Below are positions 47,321 through 61,125 of a stretch of DNA of 64,000 bases, in pieces. The notes under the pieces were generated by a model. That model worked only from the letters and a program-made list of their open reading frames with translations. It had not been told where the DNA came from and did not search any database. Origin of the DNA: Macrostomum hystrix. Its lineage: Eukaryota; Animalia; Platyhelminthes. Within the stretch, counting starts at the first letter, position 1. Each line of letters starts with the position of its first letter. The position numbers were made by a program, and so were the translations under genes. The stretch is from assembly GCA_950097015.1 (NCBI GenBank), contig CATNEN010000039.1, positions 16,120,001-16,184,000 on the forward strand. The letters are read 5' to 3'.

Positions 47321-49187
47321 AGGTTCCTATATATATACGAGATATATGCGAGCTAGATAGATAGAAATATAGTTTTGAATTTTAGTATATTGGATGGATA
47401 CTGGCACACTAAGCCCCCTTGGGGGGCACTGCTGTTCAGACAAAAAAATATTGTGCAATGCATAGGGACAAAACACACCTGAAAGCAAACAAAAACGAAG
47501 ACTCATTTCGTCAGTATTAATCTCCCTGATTGTGAATATCCGTGATTGCGAATCAAAGAAAATTAGAATTTTCACTAAATACAAAAAATAGTCAGTCTGA
47601 TCTTGAATACATTCTGAGACATCCGGTCTGTACACCAAGAGTCCCATTGGGGCAAAATTACACAAGTAACTTACGTTTGATCAACTCAGCTTAATGCTAC
47701 TAAGGTACATGTGAATACTATCCCCTCATCAGTGACTATGGCCATTGGTTTTGGTTCTTCCAATGTCCGTGCCGCGGAAAAACCACGGCACGGACAAGGG
47801 AAAATCTATTTAGCTTAGGAGAGAAAGGGTAACATTCAAAATTAGAATTTATTACTCATAGTCCGTTACCAACGATGAGTTTAATTTCTGCCCGTTTCTG
47901 AAGTTTACTTTTTTGGTTAATATGTGTTGTTGAGAACTGTATTTCACATTGCATGTTTATAGTTGAACTGTATCTGAGCGTGGTTCCCAGAATATTTAAA
48001 TGCAGTTAAATAGAAAAAACGTGTTAATCTCCGGTGGAGTATCCCTTCTCATGTCTATGGTAAAAGTCAAGGAGAGAGAAAAGAGAAAAAGAAGCTACTA
48101 CGAGTCAAACCTAAACTACTTTTTTCTGTGTTTGTCCCAAAATAAGGCACAAATCTGACTAGTTGAAATGGGGGAGCTTTAATTACCGCCGACGATGTAA
48201 TTGAGCTCTAAAAGTTTCCGCTCTATCCGATGAAACAACTTCCAGAATCACCAAACACGGGCCAACTTTTGTTGCGCAACTTCTGAAACAATAATCAAGT
48301 CACCAGCTCTTTAGACCGTCGAGATATTCAATGTTTCTGGCCGAAGGTGTATTTCATACACCCCTTTACACAAATTGGCACTGCGCCTCGGTGCGGCCTT
48401 ACCAGGCCTTCAAAACTCATCTGCATCTGCACCCGAATGTGCCTGCATCATCAACGGGCGGCAAAATGGCTTGGTACTACTATAAGCACTGTACTACTTT
48501 AGTAGGCATGTTGTTCTATCGATTTGTACTATTTGTCTATCGTATCTTACTCAGATCATGCCGAAAATCTCTACTTAATAATCTCTTCTTGGCAATCTCT
48601 CGTTGATAGTCTCAGCCAGATAATCTCTACTTGACAATGACACCCAAATAAGGAAACACTTAAGGAGATGTACAATTAAGAGCTGCTTACAGCAGCGAAT
48701 CTTTAATATTGATGTACGAGATAATAGCATCCACTAAAAATTCCACCATTTTTATTTTTACACCTCGAGACTCGACCTTTTAAAAGAGAGCTTTGGATGC
48801 AACCTAAAAAAAATTGAATTATAAAAACACTTTTCTCTTTCGAAAGCGAACTTTCAAGTGTGCAAGGCGCTTTTCCGCTGCACACATGTGCACTCTTGTA
48901 CTTGCACATTGCTAGCAGAAGTGAGTTGCTATAGACTATAGAGTCCATAATACTCATAAAAAATAATAATTCATAATTTAACTGAAGTAATGCATTGTGT
49001 CTTGCTCCCCGAATCCCCGACCTTCAACCACAAAGCTACCCTTCCTGCTACTCTAAGTGCACCCAATCAGCGTCGTACATTAGCAAGCTCAGCGTGTCAA
49101 ATATATGTTTATAAAATTAGCCACTTGACCAACTTCAAAAGCGTTAATGGGGCCTGCACCCGTTTATTTCAAGGACGCACAAGCCTG

Positions 49188-50239
49188 ATGATGGCCCACG
49201 CCAACGATGAAAGCCTTGCAAATGGGCAGCCTCACGACTACATGCATCATTCTCTGGAGCTTACCAGTGACAGACACGAAGAAAACTGGCAGCAATGGGC
49301 TGCTGAACCTGTCAGGAAGTACAGGCCAGCTCGAACAAGCTCATCTAGTGCTGAAGCAACCCTGACAGTGCGGGCAGACCAGCTAGGTCTCCTGACAGAG
49401 AAGCAAACCTGCATGTTGGATAAATTAATGCACAACTGCAGTGATATTGAGCGCTGCATTCTGCTTGGCTGCTTGTTGCACATCTACACACGGACCAGGA
49501 ACGTTTTCTTGGCTACGAGAGTCGTCTCCGATCGTTTGGAGACTCGCCTGACGAAGCGTACGCTCTTCGATGGGCGCAGAGCGGATTCTACAGCGAGGGC
49601 TTTCGCCGAGTCGTCTGCTGCCACTGCGGTATGCAGTACGTCCATCCGAGGTCCGAAAATGAAGTTGATCGCAAGAAGTGTCCCAGCCAGAGTGATGAAT
49701 CGCATAGTTGCGCGCTCTCTTGGCTTCTGAAACTTATCGACAATGACGGAGAAGTGAAAGGGGCGTCAAAAGCTGAGCTTTTGAAAAGCTGAGTAGGACG
49801 AGTTGAGGCAGCACTGGGAAGCCAGGCTGTGCAACTCGCCGATTCGTTCGGATACTCGGGAGGATTGGATCTGGCAGTGCTCATCGCAGCGTGTGACCAA
49901 ACTCCTACTCACCCGAGGGCTGGCGAGCTCATTCAGTTGAGGACAAACGCTCCTGAGAACAGTTCAACGGAATTTCTTTGGCTGGAAGCCAAGCCGGCAG
50001 GACTGATGGACAAGAACGAGCAAGCCTCAGCAAGCTCAGTTGATGGAGGACAACTACAGCGGGCTTCGGCAAGCAGTAATGAAAGCGACCTGTGTCAAAT
50101 GTGCTCCTGCAGGCAAAGGGATCGAATAACTCTACCCTGCGCATACCTGAAGTTCTGTCATGTCTGCTTGAGTAAAGCTTGCGAGTGCCCCGCTTGCCAC
50201 TCCGTAATTTTAGGCATGCTCGTTGCAAATATAAGCTAG
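49188..50239 (+). pseudogene. IAP-like gene 1 (degenerate BIR-like plus RING), disrupted
   Basis: ..ARAFAES, then a frameshift at ~49610 into VCCHCG..HSCAL. In-frame TGA at 49790-49792. LADSFGYS..GELI follows. The RING CQMC..LPCAYLKFCHVC..CPAC has H>Y. Confidence 0.7.
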
Positions 50240-50853
50240 TTGATCCCCAAAGATGCAACATTTACTGGTCATCAAAATAAATTGACACAGAAGCGAGTTA
50301 TTTGCTTTCTCGTTTCATCGTATCTATCCATTCATTTACTCAAATGACTCGTTTTGGTGCACATTTTAGTGCAGTGCTCAAATAAATGGTAATGGTAATA
50401 TAAAAGAATGTACAAACACGTCAATTGGCCTCTACAGATGGCTGTTTAAATGAGCCTTTAGACTCGACAAGACTGGGTAGAATAGTACAGCACTAGCGAG
50501 GAGAATACGAGAATTAAAAATTTTTTGCTTTCCTGTAAGCGAAGAAGGACCTTAAAATGTTGTCAGTGTGTTAAAAATGTACTTGTACAGTATAGGCTAA
50601 TGTACATTCATACCATTGCTCATTCCACTCCAGTGTTCATGAGCATTCATTGAAAAATAAATTGTAATAAAACTCGTTCATTCTTATACTCGTAGCAGTG
50701 TAAACGAGCCTTTAGTTTCCAGAGCTTCCGTGAAATCCCAGCTCCTACGAGTACCTCAGCCTGAATACTTAGGGACGCAAGCTTCATATAGAACGCAAGC
50801 CTAATTGTCTGTTAAATTAAAAGCAAGAAGTTATTATCGATTTGTTCTTAGGG

Positions 50854-51894
50854 ATGTCTGCAAAGGCTGTGGCTTTACTTTATTCAAATTTTTTTGGAAT
50901 AAAATTAGATTTGGCAGATAATATTCAAAGTCAGTGGATGGCCATCAGTCTGCTCCAGTTGGTGGGCTTGTCAGTAAGCCTGGATTATCTCGCCTTCAAA
51001 AGCCGTCAGAAATCATTCTCGGGCATTGTTGACGAGGCGACCGCTCAGCAGCAGGCACAGAACGGATTCTACAGTAACTCTCTCGATGGAGCTAGCTGCT
51101 TTGTCTGCGGCGCCAGCTCTGTTAAATTGAGCCAAGCTGCAGCTCAGGAGGACTCGAACCATCGACCTGGATGTTTGCTTCCGCGGCTGCTGCAGCTGTT
51201 GCAAAAAAATGGTGCCGTGACGGAAACTGACATTGCGGTGGATTTGGCCAGACTACAAAATACTGTAATGCGACTTTTCCTGTTTCTGACTGATCAGAAA
51301 GTCGCATTTGTTGAATCTTTTGGATTCTCAAAATCCCAAACAATCCTAGGAGCACTTCGCCTGGTCTTTAAAACTAATTTCAAAGAGAACGGCTGGAAAA
51401 CTGGTGAGCTGATAGAGATTCTGCAGTCCTTCAACGAGGAGGTCTCCGCTCTGGCTGAAATTGTGTCGAGTCTTCTAAGCTCCTTGAGTCAGGGCGCTAG
51501 TCAAGGCTACAGCATAGGCAGCACAAGGACACGGCCTAATTTAATTCAAAATGAGCCGATTGGCACAACAATCAGACCATGCGGCAGGTGAGGGACATCA
51601 ATTTTTACCTCGTCGTCAACTTCTCTTTTCTCGCTGCTTAATCTGAGCAATTTTTACCTGCTTCAAACAATAACCCACAGCGCCTCAGTACAAGCTCCTA
51701 GTGTGGAAGCGAAACCACAAAGCGAACTAATTGAAGGCAGTCCATTTTGCACCATGTGCAAGACGCGGTCGCGCGATGTGGTCCTGCTTCCGTGCGCGCA
51801 CCTCCTGTACTGCCGTCAGTGCGTCCTGGGAGCTCAAAGGTGTCCGCAGTGCGGTTCGCACATTTTGGCTGAAAAGAACGCATTTCTGACCTGA
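50854..51894 (+). CDS. IAP-like gene 2: divergent BIR-like, putative UBA-like and C-terminal C3HC4 RING E3, ~315 aa
   Basis: Exon 50854-51587, phase-2 GT-AG intron 51588-51680, exon 51681-51894. BIR-like RQKSF..AQNGFY..CFVCG..HRPGC. RING CTMC..VVLLPCAHLLYCRQC..CPQC. The start codon is uncertain. Confidence 0.75.
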
Positions 51895-53248
51895 TAGGGA
51901 ACTGACGATGCTGTGGCCTCCTAAACCCCACGACGCATACGTCATCAGCTGCCGGCTGGGTCAGGCTCTTGTGGTAAGCATCAGTTATAAATGTCTTATG
52001 GCACCTCCGACCGGGCTTAACCCTTTGAAGATTCCGCTCAAAACGAAACTGGACATGAAAGTGAAGGTAACTGTGTGGCTTTAGCATACATTACATTCCA
52101 TTATATAGCACAGTAACACAACTGTTCTTCAGAAAAATCTTCAAAGATTTGGGTTTGGGACTTATGAAGGAATTAGGATATCTAAGCCTAAAGCAGTAAT
52201 GGATCTATGCACATTGCTGCCAGTAGAAAGGAAGCGGCAGAAACTTTGGGTTTCAGACTTGATTATGCTACCTGCCGTGCCCCACAACATTTGATACTCG
52301 ATTCTATTTCTTAATAGGCGAAATGTACGAGGCGAAGTGCCAGAGCCGTTATAAATAAATCAATTTCTAGAGATTAGAAAAACATATTTAAACTTTTATT
52401 TCTAAATGAAAACATCATTTCTATGCAAATTTTATGCCTGATGTTAATTCATTTTTCCTTAATTTTGCCTCATTTTTTTCTTCACTTGTGTTTATTGGAG
52501 GCATGTGATGAGCTTGTCATGTAGTCTTGCGGCCTGTGTTATACCATTCCACAGCAACGTGGAAGCTTATTAACTGCCCGTGCTGTTGCAATTGTTTTGA
52601 ACTGGAAAGCGTCTAAAAAGTTTATTATCGATCGACTGTCGCGTGACATACAATAGTACTGACCCCGTGATATACAAGAAACCCACTTCTCATTGTACAT
52701 TAAAATATCGCGCACTGACAAATTTAGGTAGTACGTGTTTAGTACCTAGTTAAAGTGTCAGAATTCCTAAAATGCTGTACAAATGAACAAGCAAGTACAA
52801 CTTAAAGACGTAAAATAGAGACGAAAAATTAGACGACGGGATAAATTACGATTTAAATCTTGTTTGCTAAATCGCTTTCTATTTTATTGGTTTTAAAAAA
52901 AGCCAGGTACAAATAAAAGTAAAGTCATTTACTGTCTAGCGAATTGAAAAAACACGTCCAAAATTACAGATGATAAAGCATAGTTTAAACTACAAATTTA
53001 ATCGCCACAGAAGCATGAAAAGATGGTTCCGTGTTCAAATTCAGTATAGCTTTTCTAATGACTAGGGGGTGTCCGTTCGAAATGAAACAGTTGTTAGAGG
53101 CAATTCCATGGCACTACCTCGGAACAGAATTGGCAGTCCCATGGAAATGCTTCCTGAAACCAATACTAAATTTTCGAATATCGCAAATTAGTCATTTTTC
53201 TGTTTCCATGCGGCTCGAAATAGATCAAAGCTTTTTAATTGTCTCAAA

Positions 53249-53918
53249 ATGAGATTTCTGATCATGGAAACACTGTGCGATCCAAATGAACTGCCAGTGA
53301 GCTTCGACCTGCTGCCAGATAGGCTACAGGATATTCTGAAAACACACTGGACGCTCGGCAGCGCGGAATTTAGAAACTAAATCGCACAAACCCTGCTCCT
53401 TATTTTTGGTTCGTCGTTTCGAATTGATCAGCTAAGCTTCAAGAACCGCGTGATGTCCTTCCGAGGCCGTATTGACGATACCATCTCCCTAAGCTGGGCG
53501 GAGAGCGGATTTTTCAGCCACGGACCCAACGGCGCCAGCTGCTGCCACTGCGGCAAAACAATCGAGCGACTCGCGCCTGGAGACACCTCGGAGTGGCACT
53601 CAAACCGAGGACAATCGGGCTGTTCGCTGCTGCGGTTGCAGCGAATTCTTCAATGGACACCCAGAGCCGCGTGTCAGGATGTCGAAATCGGTAGCCAAGC
53701 TGGAAGATACGAACAGCTAATTAGGAGACTTTTAGCTGCTCTCAGAGACCCAGTCAGTGAGCTGGTTGAGTCCTTCGGATTCTCTAAAAATGAGGTCGCT
53801 TTGGCTTGGCTGAAAACAGTCGCATATAACAAAGCACCGAAACTAGCGAAACCAGGAGACATCATCAGGATCATTCACGATCTACCAGCTGATCAGCCAA
53901 ACGTTCTAGAAGTACCAG
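53249..53918 (+). pseudogene. IAP-like gene 3 (BIR-like), premature stop, RING exon missing
   Basis: Reading frame from ATG 53249 with TAA at 53378-53380. RVMSF..AESGFF..CCHCG..H..C and LVESFGFS..GDII. No RING is seen before the satellite at 54094. Confidence 0.65.
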
Positions 53919-54093
53919 GCAAGATTCTTATTATTAAATCACAAATGGATTGTAGGCGCGATCATGTGACTTCGGATGACATCAGGAAAGATTGTATTTA
54001 GTTTTTTGCTTTGTTTCAAGCAAAATATATTCAAATTCCATAGAATCCGAGACTATAGAATCTGGCGCTTAAATGCACCTTTAGTTAAATTGT

Positions 54094-54724
54094 ACTTAAC
54101 AGTGCACAGCACTTAACAGGGCACAGCACTTAACAGTGCACAGCACTTAACAGTGCACAGCACTTAACAGTGCACAGCACTTAACAGTGCACAGCACTTA
54201 ACAGTGCACAGCACTTAACAGTGCACAGCACTTAACAGTGCACAGCACTTAACAGTGCACAGCACTTAACAGTGCACAGCACTTAACAGTGCACAGCACT
54301 TAACAGTGCACAGCACTTAACAGTGCACAGCACTTAACAGTGCACAGCACTTAACAGTGCACAGCACTTAACAGTGCACAGCACTTAACAGTGCACAGCA
54401 CTTAACAGTGCACAGCACTTAACAGTGCACAGCACTTAACAGTGCACAGCACTTAACAGTGCACAGCACTTAACAGTGCACAGCACTTAACAGTGCACAG
54501 CACTTAACAGTGCACAGCACTTAACAGTGCACAGCACTTAACAGTGCACAGCACTTAACAGTGCACAGCACTTAACAGTGCACAGCACTTAACAGTGCAC
54601 AGCACTTAACAGTGCACAGCACTTAACAGTGCACAGCACTTAACAGTGCACAGCACTTAACAGTGCACAGCACTTAACAGTGCACAGCACTTAACAGTGC
54701 ACAGCACTTAACAGTGCACAGCAC
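54094..54724. repeat. 17-bp minisatellite (TGCACAGCACTTAACAG)n, ~37 copies
   Basis: Direct reading. Confidence 0.98.
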
Positions 54725-55331
54725 ACGGAAATAAACTGAGTGACTCTCAAGCGAATGCATTAGAAACTTTGTTTAAATAAACGCTTTCGCGATCGCGATC
54801 TCAAACGTGGATTGCTTTATTAAGGATATTATAATTAGTATATTCAAATATTGGTAGAAGTTGGTAAAAACATAAGGATCATTAAGAACGATATACTATA
54901 AAACTGGCTGATAGTCAAACTAATCTAAGTTCATCGGTAATCCTAGTAACAAAAGTAACCTCGAACAGACAGATGACAGCACTAGATGACAGCACTGGGT
55001 TAAACCAAATATGGAAAGCTTAGCATGATGTTTCACAATGCAATCAATTTAGTTTCTAATTTATAATGTAAGGCAACTAATCTTACAAGCCTCCGTACTA
55101 TAAGTAGGAACTTAGGAACTCGCATCGGTAACTTGACTGAAGTCATTCATTTATTACTAAAGAGAAACACATAAAGACTCTATTAAAATGGAATCTAACA
55201 TATTTAAACTACAATAGAGCCATTTTTAAAACAGAATAATGTGCGTTGAAAACTTTTTATGAATAGCTTTAGCCATTTACAAATAGAATCTACCTGTTTT
55301 ATCAAGATCCATCAATAATTTGTGGGTTTAT

Positions 55332-55746
55332 GGAAATCTCATAGAGACTCGCATAAATCTCACAGAGACTCACAGAAATCTCATAAAGACTCTCGGAAAT
55401 CTCATAGAGACTAACGGAAATCTAATAGAGACTCTCGGAAATCTCATATAGACTCTCGGAAATCTCATAAAGACTCGCATAAATCTCATAGCGACCCCCG
55501 GAAATCTCAAAGAGACTCGCTGAAACCTCAAAGAGACTAACGGAAATCTCATAGAGACTCGCGGAAATCTCATAGCGACTCCCGGAAATCTCAAAGAGAC
55601 TCGCTGAAACCTCATAGAGACTAACGGAAATCTCATAGAGACTCGCGGAAATCTCATAGCGACTCCCGGAAATCTCATAGAGACTCGCGGAAATCTCATA
55701 GAAACTCTCGGAAATCTCATAGAAACTCTCGGAAGTCTCCTAGAGA
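55332..55746. repeat. 21-bp minisatellite (GGAAATCTCATAGAGACTCGC)n
   Basis: Direct reading. Confidence 0.93.
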
Positions 55747-55922
55747 CACTTAAAAAATCCATAGATGTTTATGAAAGTGAAACGCACATAATTCTGTAAC
55801 ACCTAAAGCCAATCCAGTTCCAATACATAATAAATTAGTAATAAAATGTTCATAAGTTCTCAGAGATGACCCGCACAGGCGTGGCCTATAGAGAAAAACA
55901 GCTGGACCAATTCTCTATTTTC

Positions 55923-58900
55923 TCACTTGTGAAACTTGAGCGTCGGGTCGCGGCAGTGCTGCGCCAACAAGTCGCACGGCTTGAATTGGTTGCCATAGAG
56001 ACCGGCGAATTCTTCCATTCGTTTAACAATTTCGCCGGCTCCGCGAATGTCCAAATAGCGAAACGGGCCGCCTAGGAATGGCGGAAAGCCAAGGCCGAAG
56101 ACGGCGCCAACGTCGCCTTCTAGCGGAGTGTGCAGCACGCCGTCCTGCAGGCACTGGACGGCTTCGTTGACGAAGCGCGAGAATAGGCGCCACTGGATGC
56201 GCTCGATTGTATTATCGGCTACTGGCTTGACTCTGTACTTCTTCATGATGGCCAGAGCTTCGTCGTTCTCGCTGCGCTCACCGCCGCTCTTCTTGTCGCC
56301 AGAATAGACGTAGCAGCCTTTGCCGGTCTTGCGTCCCAGAAATCCGGCTGCCACCATGTCCTTCAGGACGCCGACATCGGCGCCGCCGACGCGAGGACCC
56401 AGGGCCTGGTGTGGTACGCAGCAGGATTTACAGGTTGAGTTTGATTGATACTCGGGTTGAGTAGACAGTTCTACGGGTTGAGTAGACAGTTCTACGGGTT
56501 GAGTAGACAGTTCTACGGGTTGAGTAGACAGTTCTATGGGTTGAGTAGACAGTTCTATGGTTTGAGTAGACAGTTCTATGGGTTGAGTAGACAGTTCTAT
56601 GGGTTGAGTAGACAGTTCTATGGTTTGAGTAGACAGTTCTACGGGTTGAGTAGACAGTTCTACGGGTTGAGTAGACAGTTCTACGGGTTGAGTAGACAGT
56701 TCTACGGGTTGAGTAGACAGTTCTATGGGTTGAGTAGAAAGTTCTACGGGTTGAGTAGACATTTCTATGGGTTGAGTAGACAGTTCTATGGGTTGAGTAG
56801 ACAGTTCTATGGTTTGAGTAGACAGTTCTACGGGTTGAGTAGACAGTTCTACGGGTTGAGTAGACAGTTCTACGGGTTGAGTAGACAGTTCTACGGGTTG
56901 AGTAGACAGTTCTACAGGTTGAGTAGACAGTTCTACGGGTTGAGTAGACAGCTCAACGGGTTGAATTGCCAGTTCCGTTGTTCAAAACATGTCGCCTACT
57001 CCATCCATCCAAAAAGCCTCACCTTGCCCAAATCTTCGGCCACGTGTGCGGCTACGTCGATGCCAACCTCGTCAGCCAGGGTGGCAACACCCACTGGCCA
57101 GCCGAAGCTTTTGGTGGCCTTGTCCAGTTCGGCTGGTCGGACACCCTCCTGCAGCAGGCGAATAGCCTCGGCCAGCATCGGAGCCAGGATGCGGGTGGTG
57201 TAGAAACCCGGACCGTCGCCAACGTGAATAACCAGCTTGCCCTGGCGAAGGCCGAGGTCAACGGCAGTTCGCAGAGTCTCCTCGCTTGTCTGCTTGGTGC
57301 TGATGATCTCCAACAGTTGCATCTTGTCCACTGGCGAGAAGTAGTGCATGCCGATGACTTTGTCGGGTCGCTGACTGCCTTTGGCAATCTCGGCAATCGG
57401 CAGGGCGGATGTGTTGCTGGCAAAGACGCAGTGCGGCGGAATGACAGCTTCGACCTCCTTCAGTACACGATGCTTGACGCCGATGTCTTCAAAGACAGCT
57501 TCGACTACGATGTCGCATTTTTTCAGTTCGGAATAGTCTAGCGTGGCGGTGAGGTTAGAGTAAAGACGGTCGGCCTCAAAACTGGTGAGTCGCTTGCGCT
57601 TTACCTGACAAGGGAAGAAGTGGGATTAATGTATGGGATTAAAATGACACTTTAAAAGTACACGTGCACTTAAAGCTCTAGTAAAAATAAACAAGCACTC
57701 TAATTCTGGTGAAAGTACACATGTACTTCAATCCAAATAAAAGTACACATGCATTTTTATCCTAGTTAAAGTACACATGTGCTCAGATCGCAGTTAAAGT
57801 TCACATGCAATTAAAATCTTTTTATTCCTATCGATGCACTCGAATTATTTTTTAATTTTCAAGTACTAAAATATTTTCCTAAACTACTCATGCACTTGAT
57901 CCTGGTTGTACATGCACTATGTACTTTTAGGCTACAACAGTCATCAACTATTGCTTACCTGTCCCTTAAGTCCGCTCTGAATTTGCTCCTGACCGCGCGC
58001 CAAGCCGCCCACATTGGCGTCCTTCATCACCGTGGCCAGACCCTTGTCGATGGTGACCTGGGCGATTCCGGCGCCCATCAGGCCGGCGCCGAGGACGCCG
58101 ACGCACTGAGTTGGGCGCTGCGGCTTGCCCCAACGGTTCTTCTTAGTCTCAGTCTGGCCGAAGAATAGGCCAAATAGGGCCTTGGACTCGTTTGTGGCCG
58201 CCAGCTCGCCGAATGCCTGAAATATTCAAATTTTAAATAGGATTTCTAAAGCTCCGTTCTTCGGAAATTTAATAGGGAAATCCCAATTTTGAAATGCCAA
58301 CCCAAAAATTGAATTTCCGAATTGCCAACCTGAAATTCCATTGTTCAACCTAAATCCCAATTACATTTATCCCAATCGACATCAATCGCATCCAAAAAGG
58401 TATTTCATTTCCAGTAATGACAACACTAAAACCACAAATGATTAACTTCATTATTGTCCATATATTTACTAATAGGAAAATCCTATTATTAGTGAACACA
58501 GCTCCCATAGCTCACCTTGGACTCCAGATCGTAGCCAAAAGCCCGATCCTCCGGCTTCTCCTGGCAGGCCTTCAGCACGTCGATGATCTTCAGCGGGGCC
58601 GGATAGAGGCCGCCAGTCTGCTTCATAACCATGGCCCGGGCCTGCCGTTCGAAGATGAAGTTCCTGCCCCAGGCATAGTTTAGCATCAGCGCCGTGGCCC
58701 GTTCGGCCAGGGACGGCGATCGCGGAGTAGGCTTCACCTGGCCGCTGGCTAAGCCGGCGGCGGTTTCTATGGCAACCTGTTCCAACAGGCGCATTGTGTT
58801 AGCCTCTGGGGTGTCCAATCCCGGTCCCAGTGGCTCAACCAGCTGGTTCACCAGGCCGATGCGCTTGGCCTTCTTAGCCTGGACACTCTTGCCTTGCAGA

Positions 58901-60102
58901 ATCATCGCCAGGGCGTCAGTGACTGGCACTAGTCGAGGTAGGCGCTGTGTGCCTGCAGGAGTGAAGTTGCGTGAAATCGTGTTTTCGATACATATCGGAA
59001 CAAAAATAGTTTTTTCCGATTTTCGATACATATCGGCCTAAAAAAGTTGTCGATACATATCGGAAGAAAAAAGTTTTCCGATACATTTCGGCATAATTAA
59101 AGGCCGCAGTTTTTTTTACTGCATTAAGAAATGTAACAAGTATTAAGTTCAGGATGTCAATTTTGATAAATATGAGCGAAAACTAAAGGCCAAATACCTA
59201 TACATACTTTCCTTTCACTAACACTTCACTAACAGCTGAAAAATTCATCGATTTTAATTTTATATTGAATATAAAACTTCTACACACTTTAGTAACAGCC
59301 GAGAAAACTTGGTTTTTCGAAACATATCGGCAAAACTTTAAACAATGTTTTTCTTTATTAAGTTTGATCTTAGCTTCTTTCTCGGCAGTGTAAACTTCGG
59401 CCCTTAGTTTTAACTGAGAGATAGCTTCAACGCAAGCAAGCTTTATAGAACAGGCAAACGGATTTTTTGATACATATAGGCAAAACCTTAAATTTCAATA
59501 CATATCGGTCAAACGGCGACTAGTTTACCTCCGGCGCCAGGCAGCAGGCCAAGCATAACCTCCGGCACGCCGAGTACAGTCTTCTTATCGTTGACAGCGA
59601 TGCGATAGTGAGCAGCCAGAGCCACCTCTAGGCCGCCGCCTAGACACTGGCCCATTATGGCAGCCACCACCGGCTTCTTGCAGTCTTCGAGGGCTTGCAA
59701 GTCGGCCTGGCCAGACTTGGACAATTGCGTCACCTCGGCTGCAGATTTGCAAGCGGCCAGCATCTGGATGTCGGCGCCGGCGATGAAACAGCCCGGCTTG
59801 CCGGAGATCAGCACCAGAGCTTTCACATCGGCGTTGGATTCGGCAGATCTCAGCGCGGACATTAGCTCAGCCTGGGACTCGCGACTCAGCGTGTTGACCT
59901 TGGAGTCGGGCGAATCGAATTTTAAAATCGCCACCCCATTCTTAATGCTACTGCTGACGTGCTTATCCCGAGCGGAAATAGCCGTTGCCATAGCAACTAG
60001 ACGATTACTGTTGCCAAGCAGGTGACGCTGTTGAATAACTGCGGCGGCTGTAGATGGTCGCCGACTGCCACCGGCTGCGGCTAGTAGAGCTGCTCGAAGC
60101 AT
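55923..60102 (-). CDS. HADHA: Mitochondrial trifunctional enzyme subunit alpha, copy 2
   Basis: Exons 60102-59529, 58952-58516, 58216-57959, 57604-57023 and 56405-55923. Intact and almost identical to copy 1. Confidence 0.96.
56454..56964. repeat. 21-bp minisatellite in HADHA intron 4, ~24 copies
   Basis: Direct reading. Confidence 0.98.
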
Positions 60103-60733
60103 AGGAACTGGAAAATATGGAATATAATTGCGATTATCAAGAATATCAACTAAAGTTGGACAGCTTTTTAAATATATAGCTTTACTAATTTGCCTGTGCA
60201 ATAGATAGCATAGCTAGGCTTAGTAGAGAGAGAAAATTTCAAACTAAAGAGACTGTTTTCAATGTAAGATAAGAGATCAGAGCTCTTTCAATTGACAAAA
60301 ATCTACGTTAAAATTTCGAAGACTAAAACTGTCTTTAGCTAATGAATAATTTATTAATAGTTGATATTTGAGGTCCTGAGTTCGAATCGCAACCTATCTT
60401 TGATTCCTGCAATAAGCCTGATTTAGGTGTCACTTGTCTACCCTACAAGTAACTGTTAGGCTTGCATTACTAACTCACTAAACAGTTACATAACGAAAGA
60501 TGGGACAGTAACTAGTGGCTGTTTGTATTTTAGACAGATAAAATAAGTAGAGTCTAGCGGGAGCGAGTGTACATTATTTCTGCTTTGGCTTCGAAAAGGC
60601 TAAAGATCGGGTCAAAGTCCATAAAATTAAGATATTACGCTATCGCATGCTAGACTACAACCAACGCTCTTTGACCCATGAGACTCTGAGCCCTAACAAT
60701 CTCAGGAATAACAAAACTTGAGACCCTACTTAA

Positions 60734-61125
60734 GGGGCGGATAGCTCAGTCAGTAAGGTGTCGGACTCTCGATCAGATGGTCCTGGGTTCGACTCCCGAC
60801 CTAGTCTAGAACTATTCGTGCAGCCTTTGGCAAGCTGCTTTGCCCTGATGTGCACACAGTCTACTCAGCTGCAAATGAGTACCGACATTTCGTCGGGTAA
60901 TAATAGGTAATAATAGTCGGGCAATAATAGTGAGGCAATTCAGTAAGGTTTGGATGCTGCCGATATGTTTGGAAAAAATAAATTCCATTGCTGACACGCG
61001 GCTGTCAACCGGTGTCCGGGAGAGCCGGGGATTACATTAGGTGTGCAGTCCCCACCTGCTAGTGTGCCTGACACACAACACCTGCACTGGCCCTTGGGTC
61101 TAGTGTCAGTTATTATTATTATTAT
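60734..61125 (+). mobile_element. tRNA-derived SINE (duplicate of 35647-36035)
   Basis: Same A/B boxes, tail and AGACCCTACT flanks. Confidence 0.85.

Larger units (their letters stand above)
44585..47361 (-). mobile_element. Putative minisatellite-bearing non-autonomous Helitron, copy 3
   Basis: Minus-strand hairpin CCCC-TTCG-GGGG followed by CTAG|T at 44588-44585. Candidate A|TC start at ~47361. Confidence 0.5.
36036..61125 (+). repeat. Segmental duplication unit, copy 3 (most complete; 48938-54093 is unique)
   Basis: Colinear with copies 1 and 2. Confidence 0.88.

Noticed and set aside
54050-54059. AGACTATAGA as a target-site duplication for the IAP island
   Set aside because: The empty site reads AGACTTTAAA and the downstream flank is not restored after 54059.
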